Assembly (NCBI GenBank): GCA_032249095.1
Contig: JAVVGN010000024.1
Span: 1 to 23,822, forward strand
Source: Candidatus Caldarchaeales archaeon
GTDB lineage: Archaea; Thermoproteota; Nitrososphaeria_A; Caldarchaeales; Calditenuaceae
Reading direction: 5' to 3'
DNA: 23,822 nt
Under the pieces are notes generated by a model, which did not search any database, was not told where the DNA came from, and saw only the letters and a program-made list of their open reading frames with translations. Shown piece after piece: positions 16,755 through 23,822 of this stretch. The position numbers were made by a program, and so were the translations under genes. The first letter of the stretch is position 1; every line of letters begins with the position of its first letter.

Positions 16755-17033
16755 ATGGCCCCTAGGATCGCAACATACGTCGCGGTCTTCGTCGCGCTGG
16801 TGGCCATGACTGTGCTAGAGCTGCTGATCTTCGGCCAACCCCTCCCGAGAATCGTGGTAGACCTCAGCATCATAAGCCTAGCAGGCGGGAAGGCGGTTCT
16901 TATCGCGCTCTTCTTCCAGCACCTCGCCTACGAGGCCAGGAGCCTCTCATCGCTCGCGCTGCTAGGGCTCGGCGGAGCCGTGGCCTTCCTAGTCCTAAGC
17001 GTCTACTCCATCGTGGGGGTCCTCTTCGCTTAG
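16755..17033 (+). CDS. Oxidase subunit IV-like small membrane protein
   Basis: MAPRIATYVAVFVALVAMTVLELLIF...IVVDLSIISLAGGKAVLIALFFQHLAYEARSLSSLALLGLG...; position in oxidase operon and 3-TM COX4-like layout. Confidence 0.75.
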   Translation: MAPRIATYVAVFVALVAMTVLELLIFGQPLPRIVVDLSIISLAGGKAVLIALFFQHLAYEARSLSSLALLGLGGAVAFLVLSVYSIVGVLFA

Positions 17034-17056
17034 CCTCTCGAAGCGGGGTGAGTTTC

Positions 17057-17155
17057 GTGAAGAGCGCCTACGTCGCAGCCGTCCTCTCGGTCATCGCCGG
17101 CCTCCTCATCCTAGTCCTCCTCATCTGGCGTCTCACCGGAGGCCTCGGGCTCTAG
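17057..17155 (+). CDS. Single-TM peptide, candidate small oxidase subunit (32 aa), absent from ORF track
   Basis: GTG start with upstream GGGGTGA ribosome-binding-like sequence: (M)KSAYVAAVLSVIAGLLILVLLIWRLTGGLGL*. Starts 23 nt after subunit IV. Confidence 0.5.
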   Translation: MKSAYVAAVLSVIAGLLILVLLIWRLTGGLGL

Positions 17156-17230
17156 AGCCGCCGGGCCGGGGGCCATGCAGGTCCTACAACACTTCATCAC
17201 GAGGGACGCGCGGAGCCTCTAGACGTCGAG

Positions 17231-17818
17231 TCAGGACGAGAACTCTGCAAGGATCCTCCCCTTGATCTGCTTGACACGGCGGGGATTCCTGATTCCCAGC
17301 TCCTCGAACTCTCTTCCAGCAGCCTCCATAATTTCCACGAGCCTATCTCGATAGTTGTTTAGCGAGTATTTCTTAACTAAGGCCTTGTAGTTATCCCAAT
17401 CGATATCAACATGCATGAGGAGGGCAAGTATGTCTAACCGATCTTTAAACCCCTTGACGGTGCCCGCCCTATCTAATTCCGCTGCCTGTTTGGGGATCGG
17501 GAGGATCTCAGGCTTCGGAACCATAAACCCCTCAAGAATAGTTACGTGAGCTGCGTCATCCTCCACGGGTATCCCCAGCCTAGAAAAAAGGCACGTAGAT
17601 GTCTATCTCCACACCGCCGAGCAGCAGCTCGTATTTCCTTAACCGTACATTTTTCTTTAGTGGGAACTCTCTCCCCAGCGCCTCTAAGACACCATAATCG
17701 ACTATGATGCCTATATCCTTAGACTTCAAGGCCCTCGTGTAGAGATATACTTCCCATTCTTGAGCTGCTGAAGCGTGTTCCAACTACTCTCGACTAGCCC
17801 GCTATGCCAGAACTCCAT
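17231..17818 (-). pseudogene. AbiEii-like nucleotidyltransferase, degraded by frameshifts
   Basis: Start ATG 17818 MEFWHSGLVESSWNTLQQLK...; shifted frame EVYLYTRALKSKDIGIIVDYGVLEALGREF...GGVEIDIYVPF; after an A6/T6 run (17584..17589) a third frame SRLGIPVEDDAAHVTILEGFMVPKPEILPIPKQAAELDRAGTVKGFKDRLDILALL. Confidence 0.6.
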
Positions 17819-18260
17819 GGTTTTCCCCACCACGAGGATACTCCTCTAGGCGTCTGTCCAGCTCCTCTACGAATCTTCGAGCATACCACGTCTCGAGATT
17901 CCACAGGTCTACGTAGATTTGTGCGAGCGGGGTTTCCCTGAATTAGCGGAGATGATCGTCTATACTGAGAACTAGAAGGTTTGGATGTTTTGTGTGCTGA
18001 TAGTCTCCGAACCTTTCCACAAACCGTTGCCTATCACCATAAACTATTACTTCTCCGTAATCTGCTGGTACGTATCCGGGCCTGTGTTTAAAGCCTGTAT
18101 AGGCCGTGAAGAGGGACCTCGCCGGGACGAGGCCCTCGATCTCCTCGACAGGGAGGTCTAGCCTTACACGATACACAACGTCGTTCCATAGATTCCGGTC
18201 GTTGCACCAATACAGAAGTATCTTCTTCGCATCTAGGACCTTGAACCACCGACTATACAT
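17802..18260 (-). pseudogene. AbiEi-like partner gene interrupted by an in-frame TAA
   Basis: MYSRWFKVLDAKKILLYWC...LVPARSLFTAYTGFKHRPGYVPADYGEVIVYGDRQRFVERFGDYQHTKHPNLLVLSIDDHLR, TAA (17943..17945), then the same frame reads FRETPLAQIYVDLWNLETWYARRFVEELDRRLEEYPRGGENHGVLA*. Its end overlaps the ATG of the next gene. Confidence 0.5.
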
Positions 18261-18476
18261 CTTTACAGCCCCATCTTCTGTAAAGGCTTAAGGGCGTGGC
18301 TAACTAGGCCAGGCGAGACGCCGCAGCGTTACGCGATCCCTCGCACTCTGAGCCTATACTCCCCCCTCTCATAAAACTCGTAAAGAATCTTCCTATACAC
18401 GTGTTCCTTCTTCTTCATATGTTCAACGAATATTAAACGATATATATGTTTTCTCTCGCCTAGATTATACAATCCC

Positions 18477-20606
18477 TTAGGACGCGCCGCTGAGCCAATC
18501 GTCGAGGCGGGGCCCGGGCTCTTGTTTATCGAGCGTAGCGCCGAGCGCGTTGAAGATCGTCTCGGCTGCGCGTCTCAGCCATTCTGTATAGTAGTTGGCG
18601 TCGTGTCCGCCGCGGTGGAGGGGTGTTGCCCTGACCCTGAGGATGGGGTTGGGGTGGCCGCGGGCGGTGTAGACGTAGCCGACGGTGTCTCCCCTCGAGA
18701 CCTCGAATCCCATGGCCCTGAGCTGCGCGGCGGCCGTCGCCTGGGCTGCCCGGCTCCGATACTCGTGGGGCTCCTTCCCAAGCGTCCTCCTCACCTCGAG
18801 GAGCGACGGGTCCAGCCGCCCCCTCACCAGCTCCTCGTACCGCCTCAGGAGCGCCAGCCCCCTCGCCAGGCCCGAGGAATAGACCTGCTCAGCAGAGCCT
18901 TCTCCGAGGACCTCGAGGATCAGCCTTCTCTGGAACTCCCTCACTAGGGGCGGCGTGTCGCTCCTCCTCATCTCTATTCCGCGAGCCTCGACCTCGCCGT
19001 CGAAGGTGACTCCGAAGTATCTCTTCAGTGCCTGCGTTGCAGGGTCCGTCCTAAGGGGTGGGAAGGCGATCAGCCTGAAGTGCCTGTCGAGAGAGATGGA
19101 GAGCCCCGTCGCCTCTCTTATCTTGGAGGCGAGGCCCTCATAGTCACTCCGTACGGCTCCGCGCCTCTTCACGAAGAGGGAGTCCACGTCGCCGTAGACG
19201 ACCTCGTAGCCCTCCTCTTCGGAGACTCGCTTCGCCACGAGCATCGCCTCCCTCGAGGCCCTGTTGATCTCCTCGAAGGCTTGGGTGTTGCCGAACCTGT
19301 TCCAGCAGCAGCCGCTTATCCCGTACTGGGTGCAGAGGATAAGCTTGAGGGCCTCGACCCTCTCGGAGCAGTAGAGCTCCTCGGGGCTTCCGGGCCGGAG
19401 CCTCCTCCTAAGCCTCTTAAGCCACAGCCTCCTCTCGAGCCAGGGCCTCAGGACGGTAGGCATGAGGCTTCCGCCGCCCTCGGGGCTCTCGTAGCTTATC
19501 CCTCGGCTGAGTATTATGCTGGGGTATTGGGAGTCGAAGTCGAGGGCCGCGACGTTTTCGTGGAGGCCGGGCCTAGGTGTGAATGTTATTCCTCCCCTGT
19601 CGCTGTCGAGGAGCTCGAGGGCCCCTCGGACTCTCTCCATGTACTCGAGCCTCGGGGGCAGGACCCGCCTCCTCAGGAGCTCGAAGATGTTTCGCGAGTC
19701 GATGCAGCTGTTGCTGGTCCACCTCGTAGCGAGGCCGAGAGTCGTGAAGGAGAACCTGGCCCTCTCCACCAGCCCAGCGAGGCCATACTCGTCGGGCCCG
19801 CAGCCGTAGAAGACGTCTCCTAGGAAGACCCTCCCACCGTAGGAGCCCTGGCCGGGCCTCGGCGGGTCGCCGCACCTCGCGAGACAACCCTCAAGCCCCA
19901 TCTCCCGGAGAGAGGCCCTGAGCCTCCTCCCTAGGCCAGCGTCGAGTCCCGGGATGTGGATGAGGTCTGGGTCAAGGCTTGTGATGAGCTCGGCGAAGAA
20001 CTCTAGGATCCTCTGCTCCCGCCCCTCCATCCTCCAAGCCCTGCCGCCCATAGCGGCCTCTAGGCCCCGGATCTCGCCGCCCAGCGTCCTGAAGAAGCAT
20101 CTGAAGAGCGTGAAGGGCGGGGGCTCCAGCGTCGATTCGTCGTTCAGCGCCTCGACACGCTCTAGGGCTCCGCCGGAGGCCTCGGCCCTGACCAGCCTCG
20201 TAGGCTCCACCCCGAGGCCCGTGAAGAGGTAGCGCTGCACGTGGGGCATCAGTCCGTAGACCTCCGCGGCGAGGCCGCTGGACCTGGCCAGCCTGACCAC
20301 CCGGCGGAGGGAGGAGGCGCCCCACGCCTCGACCGCTAGTAGGGCCCTGGGCTCCGGGCGGCTTATCGAGACGCTCCACTCCTCCACCGAGACCCTCCTG
20401 ACGTGGGACGACTGCTCGAGGAGGGCCTCAAGCTCGGCCCTCGCCTCTCCGTCCCTCGGCTCCACATAGATCTTGGGCCTATACTCGTCCGTCAGCCTGA
20501 TGAGGCGGCCACTCCTCGTCTTGACCCAGACGACGGCCTCTCCGTCGAGGACGTAAGCGTCTAGGATCCAGCCCTCAATCCTCGCTGGCCCTCGCCTTCT
20601 CCTCAA
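18477..20606 (-). CDS. Family B DNA polymerase, exonuclease domain degenerate, polymerase catalytic residues retained (PolB2-like?)
   Basis: Motif A ALDFDSQYPSII; motif B LKLILCTQYGISG; motif C VYGDVDSLFV; LKRYFGVTFDGEVEARGIEMRRSDTPP. The usual exonuclease DxE, Nx3D and Yx3D signatures are not recognisable. TTG start. Confidence 0.88.
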   Translation of the reverse strand: MRRRRGPARIEGWILDAYVLDGEAVVWVKTRSGRLIRLTDEYRPKIYVEPRDGEARAELEALLEQSSHVRRVSVEEWSVSISRPEPRALLAVEAWGASSLRRVVRLARSSGLAAEVYGLMPHVQRYLFTGLGVEPTRLVRAEASGGALERVEALNDESTLEPPPFTLFRCFFRTLGGEIRGLEAAMGGRAWRMEGREQRILEFFAELITSLDPDLIHIPGLDAGLGRRLRASLREMGLEGCLARCGDPPRPGQGSYGGRVFLGDVFYGCGPDEYGLAGLVERARFSFTTLGLATRWTSNSCIDSRNIFELLRRRVLPPRLEYMERVRGALELLDSDRGGITFTPRPGLHENVAALDFDSQYPSIILSRGISYESPEGGGSLMPTVLRPWLERRLWLKRLRRRLRPGSPEELYCSERVEALKLILCTQYGISGCCWNRFGNTQAFEEINRASREAMLVAKRVSEEEGYEVVYGDVDSLFVKRRGAVRSDYEGLASKIREATGLSISLDRHFRLIAFPPLRTDPATQALKRYFGVTFDGEVEARGIEMRRSDTPPLVREFQRRLILEVLGEGSAEQVYSSGLARGLALLRRYEELVRGRLDPSLLEVRRTLGKEPHEYRSRAAQATAAAQLRAMGFEVSRGDTVGYVYTARGHPNPILRVRATPLHRGGHDANYYTEWLRRAAETIFNALGATLDKQEPGPRLDDWLSGAS

Positions 20607-21570
20607 GGCTCCTCAGCCTCTCCTCAAGCTCTCCCAGCCGCTTCTTCAGCTCCTCGATCTCCGCCTTGTTGTGTATGCTTGCGGCCAGGTTCATCGAGTC
20701 GAGGACCGTTATCTCTCCGAGGCTGCCTATCGCCGCATGCTCGGCCCCCCAGACCTCTCTGACGAGGCCGTCTAGGGCCTTCCTATGCCTCTCATCCCTA
20801 AGCAGGGGCCTGTAGACCCGACGGATCCTCTCAAGGGCCCTCCTGTAGACCTGTCTAAAGGGCGGGGTAATCCTACCCATGCCGGCCCACCAGAGCGAGA
20901 GGAGCAGGGCGGAGCGGGGCGCGGGCATCGAGGGATGCTTGACGAGCCTCGCCGCCGCGAGGGAGCCTCTGAAGCTGAGGAGGACCAGGACTGAGGAGCG
21001 GTGGATTACGTGGAGCGGTAGTAGGGGCTCGGCTGAGGCGCCGGAGCCGCGTGAGAGGGAGGTCGCGAGGACGGGCGCACACGCCTCCGAGGCCGCCTCC
21101 AAGAGGATAGAGAGGGCTGAGGAGAGCGCCTGGGCTGATCCCTTGCCACCAGGGTAGAAGGCGGAGGCGTTGTGGACCGCCACGAGGCTCGCCCCCCTCC
21201 TCCTCACCTCCTCCGCAAGCCTCCCAGCCGCCCTGACCTGCCTCTCCGCGTTGAAGGCCGCGACACAGTATATCGACTCTAGGACCTCCAGCGGCTCCGC
21301 TCCGGCCGCCTCCGAGGCCGCCGAGAGCGTCTCCACGTCCACCAGCGTCTTCTCCCCATAGTAGTCCGTGTTGTTCATATAGGCGACGGGACCCCTCCAG
21401 TGGGCCTCGACCATCGCCCTGTAGAGGATTGGGGAGGCGATGGCGGGTTCTCCGTAGAGGATGTGGAGCGCTCCTGGCCTCAGGCCCCCCACGAGCCGGT
21501 CCAGCTCCTCCACCCCGGTCCCAAGGCCCGCGCCGTAGCGCCTCAGGAGCTCTGAGGCCCTCTCGATCAA
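20575..21570 (-). CDS. RadA/RecA-fold paralog with lost Walker A and B motifs (pseudo-ATPase) and C-terminal coiled coil
   Basis: TGVEELDRLVGGLRPGALHILYGEPAIASPILYRAMVEAHWRGPVAYMNN; a RadA-like TGxxxLDxLxGGG start but GEPAIASP replaces GxxxxGKT. Putative Walker B strand is RGASLVAVHNAS. C-terminus NKAEIEELKKRLGELEERLRSLEEKA. Confidence 0.75.
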   Translation of the reverse strand: MIERASELLRRYGAGLGTGVEELDRLVGGLRPGALHILYGEPAIASPILYRAMVEAHWRGPVAYMNNTDYYGEKTLVDVETLSAASEAAGAEPLEVLESIYCVAAFNAERQVRAAGRLAEEVRRRGASLVAVHNASAFYPGGKGSAQALSSALSILLEAASEACAPVLATSLSRGSGASAEPLLPLHVIHRSSVLVLLSFRGSLAAARLVKHPSMPAPRSALLLSLWWAGMGRITPPFRQVYRRALERIRRVYRPLLRDERHRKALDGLVREVWGAEHAAIGSLGEITVLDSMNLAASIHNKAEIEELKKRLGELEERLRSLEEKARASED

Positions 21571-21608
21571 GCCTCACCAAGCCCCCGCTTCCCCGGCCCA
21601 CGGGAGAG

Positions 21609-22658
21609 CTACTTCTTCGAGTCCGCGTCCTCCACGCCCCTCTCGGTGATCCTGAAGCGCGCCTCCACGTCCGACGGGTGGTAGGGGCTGTCAACTATCT
21701 TGGCGACCCGCGTGTCCTCGGGCCCCCTCCTCAGGAATACCCTGTAGGTCGTGCTATGGGCTAGGACGTGCCCACCGCTCGGCTTGATGGGGCTCCCGAA
21801 GAAGGCTCCAGGGTCGCCGAGGACCTGGTTCGTGACGACGACGGCCACATTCCTGATCTCGGCTATCCTGAGAAGCCTGTGGAGCGTGGCGTTGAGCCTC
21901 TGCTGCCTCTCCGAGAGGTTCTCCCGGCCAACATAGTCCGCCCTGAAGTGGGAGATCACGGAGTCCACCACCACGAGCCTCGCCCTATACTTCTCGACGT
22001 AGCTGCCGAGCTCCCTCACGACGAGCTGGAGGTGGCTCGAGTTATAGACCTCAGCCACCACCACGTTCTCCAATATCTTGTCGGGGTTCAGGCCCCTGGC
22101 CTTCGCTATCTCGTATATCCTCTCGGGCCTGAAGGTGGACTCCGTGTCAACGTATATCGCGCCTGCGGCGAGGCCTCCCTTCTCCCTCGGGAGCTGGACC
22201 GTCACGCAGAGAGTGTGGCATATCTGGGTCTTCCCGCAGCCGTACTCGCCCACGAGCTCCGTGACAGCCTGCGTCTCCACCCCGCCCATAAGGAGCTTGT
22301 CGAGGGAGGAGCAGCCCGTCGTGATCCTCTCGAGCGTCCTCCTCCTCTCCAAGACCTCCTTCCCCGTCAACAGCTCGGAATCCAAGAAGCCGCTGCTCAC
22401 TAGGAGGAGCCGCGACTGGAGGCACAGCTCCTCAGCCTTCTTCGGGTCTATCCCCGCCTCCACCAGCTCCCTCGGAGAGGCGGCGGCAAGGTCGAGCAGG
22501 CTGTAGATCCCTATCGAGGCAAGCTTCTCCTTCGTCGCCTCCCCGACGCCCTTGAGGTCGTCGAGGCTGTAGACGTCCACCTCGTCGCCTCCACGCCCCT
22601 CCCTCCCCTCGCCCCTACTAGACGCGGGACTCACAGCTAGTATGCGGCGCCGAGGCAT
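21609..22658 (-). CDS. radA: DNA repair/recombination protein RadA
   Basis: HhH domain LKGVGEATKEKLASIGIYSLLDLA; ITTGCSSLDKLLMGGVETQAVTELVGEYGCGKTQICHTL; YVDTESTFRPERI; RLVVVDSVISHFRADYVGRENLSERQQRLNATLHRL; VVVTNQV; FRITERGVEDA. Confidence 0.95.
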   Translation of the reverse strand: MPRRRILAVSPASSRGEGREGRGGDEVDVYSLDDLKGVGEATKEKLASIGIYSLLDLAAASPRELVEAGIDPKKAEELCLQSRLLLVSSGFLDSELLTGKEVLERRRTLERITTGCSSLDKLLMGGVETQAVTELVGEYGCGKTQICHTLCVTVQLPREKGGLAAGAIYVDTESTFRPERIYEIAKARGLNPDKILENVVVAEVYNSSHLQLVVRELGSYVEKYRARLVVVDSVISHFRADYVGRENLSERQQRLNATLHRLLRIAEIRNVAVVVTNQVLGDPGAFFGSPIKPSGGHVLAHSTTYRVFLRRGPEDTRVAKIVDSPYHPSDVEARFRITERGVEDADSKK

Positions 22659-22698
22659 AGAAATAGCTTGAGACCCCTCGCGGAAAGTGATCGCCGGC

Positions 22699-23577
22699 CT
22701 ACCACTTCTCCACCGTGGCCAGGATCTCCTCAGCCAGCCTCCTAACCTTACCTCCGTCGAGGGGCTGGGGGCCGCGGAGTCTGACCCTCTCCGAGACCGC
22801 CGCGAGGGCTAGTGCTAGGGAGTAGGCCCTATCGCCCGACTCCAGGAGCCCCACCAAGTAGGCGCCGCCGGACACGTCACCGGCGCCGACGGTGTCGACG
22901 GCCCGGCCAACCCTCACGCGGCACCAGAGCCTCTCACCGCCCCCGCAGACCCAGATACCGTCGATGGAGGAGGCCAAGACGTCGCATCCAAGCCGCTCCG
23001 AGAGTCTGAGGGCGGCCTCGCGGGCACTGTTGAAGCCTAGGACAATGCACTCCTCCTCCGAGAGCCTAAGAAGCCTTGCTCCACGGAGCCCCTCAAGAGG
23101 AAAGGGCCTGAGCCTCACGAGGCCTTCCTGGTCCACCTCCCTCATCAGGCCCTGAGGATCGATCGCGACGGCCCCAGCCCTTCTGAGGGCCGCGGAGACG
23201 CATCTCCCCCCTATCTCCCACGCCACCGGCCCGAGGTAAGCCGCGGAGGCGTCGAGCTCCAGCTGCTCTGGCGCGATCTCGACGCACCTGGCCTTTATCC
23301 ACATCCTCCGCCCCCCGTCTGTCCTCTCGATCCTGAAGCGGGTCGTGGGCTGCCCCTCCAAGACCCTGACCCGCGAGGCGTCGATGCCGAGCGCCGCGAG
23401 CCTCTCGAGAAGCCAGACGCCGTCCGGCCCGACGTTCGAGACCGCCAACGCCCTGTGCCCAAGCGAGGCGACCGATAGGCCCGCATAAGTGGGTACTCCG
23501 CCGGCCGAGACCCATCTGCCCTCAGGCGAGACGACCTCGTCCACCACAACGAAGCCCGCAATAACCACGTCAAGCAA
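22699..23577 (-). CDS. PfkB-family carbohydrate/nucleoside kinase
   Basis: AGGVPTYAGLSVASLGHRALAVSNVGPDG...LLRLSEEECIVLGF...VGRAVDTVGAGDVSGGAYLVGLLESGD (PfkB signature DTVGAGD). Confidence 0.85.
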   Translation of the reverse strand: MLDVVIAGFVVVDEVVSPEGRWVSAGGVPTYAGLSVASLGHRALAVSNVGPDGVWLLERLAALGIDASRVRVLEGQPTTRFRIERTDGGRRMWIKARCVEIAPEQLELDASAAYLGPVAWEIGGRCVSAALRRAGAVAIDPQGLMREVDQEGLVRLRPFPLEGLRGARLLRLSEEECIVLGFNSAREAALRLSERLGCDVLASSIDGIWVCGGGERLWCRVRVGRAVDTVGAGDVSGGAYLVGLLESGDRAYSLALALAAVSERVRLRGPQPLDGGKVRRLAEEILATVEKW

Positions 23578-23643
23578 GAGGGGAAGGCACCGAGCCCAGG
23601 GGGAGGCTCCACAATAATTAGATGAGTCTATTTATCGTGTTTA

Positions 23644-23768
23644 GGGTATCCGTATAGTGTTGTTTGTCCTTTTCCCCTGAATATTATCTCGTTTCCCCAT
23701 AGGTCTAGTTGTATTGGCATGTTTTCGTGCTCTAGGTCTAATAGGTGCTTTAGTTTAGATTTCTCCTT
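23644..23768 (-). repeat. Small AT-rich repeated ORF, copy 3 (degenerate)
   Basis: Minus frame: KEKSKLKHLLDLEHENMPIQLDLWGNEIIFRGKGQTTLYGYP, matching copies 1 and 2; an upstream in-frame TGA interrupts. Confidence 0.7.
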
Positions 23769-23822
23769 TTGAACTCATCTCTAAATTCCGTATCTTAGGT
23801 GTATGATTATTGATGCTATTGT

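Noticed and set aside
19080-19823. 247-aa plus-strand ORF antisense to polB
   Set aside because: Antisense to conserved PolB motifs A to C; composition (Glu/Leu/Pro/Ala) reflects codon-bias mirror frames.
20873-21694. 273-aa minus ORF overlapping the radA paralog
   Set aside because: Alternative frame of the RecA-like gene, Arg/Gly-rich, no recognisable domain.
21768-22403. 211-aa plus ORF antisense to radA
   Set aside because: Antisense to unequivocal RadA motifs.
1-23822. Search for CRISPR arrays
   Set aside because: No regularly spaced direct repeats with unique spacers seen. The repeats present are dispersed (mobile-type) or a single 19-bp tandem duplication.

Overview
High-GC archaeal chromosome segment, TACK/Thermoproteota-like by gene content. 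From left to right it carries: a degenerate repeat/homing-endonuclease region; an Lrp/AsnC-type RAM-domain protein; an APC permease; a DNA polymerase D small subunit (DP1) overlapping an Orc1/Cdc6 gene; a second RAM-domain protein; tRNA-Pro(CGG) abutting an HTH-LAGLIDADG endonuclease; a DUF429 protein; a zinc-ribbon protein; repeat and transposase debris; a PCu(A)C-like copper chaperone; an RHH regulator; an IS6-like insertion sequence with a frameshifted transposase; a TFE-beta-like factor; a heme-copper oxidase operon (CuA subunit II, fused subunit I+III, subunit IV, and an unlisted 32-aa membrane peptide); a decayed AbiE-like two-gene module; and a radA / RecA-fold pseudo-ATPase / exonuclease-degenerate PolB cluster preceded by a PfkB kinase. 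The main candidate for an under-described system is the last cluster (18.5-22.7 kb). It looks like an archaeal analogue of a mutasome or recombination-coupled polymerase. Other observations include a three-copy AT-rich small-ORF repeat paired with a duplicated DUF996-like tail and LAGLIDADG cassette, an oxidase apparently lacking the canonical K-channel lysine, and small ORFs missed by the ORF track. No CRISPR array was seen. All family names come from reading motifs by eye, with no database search.
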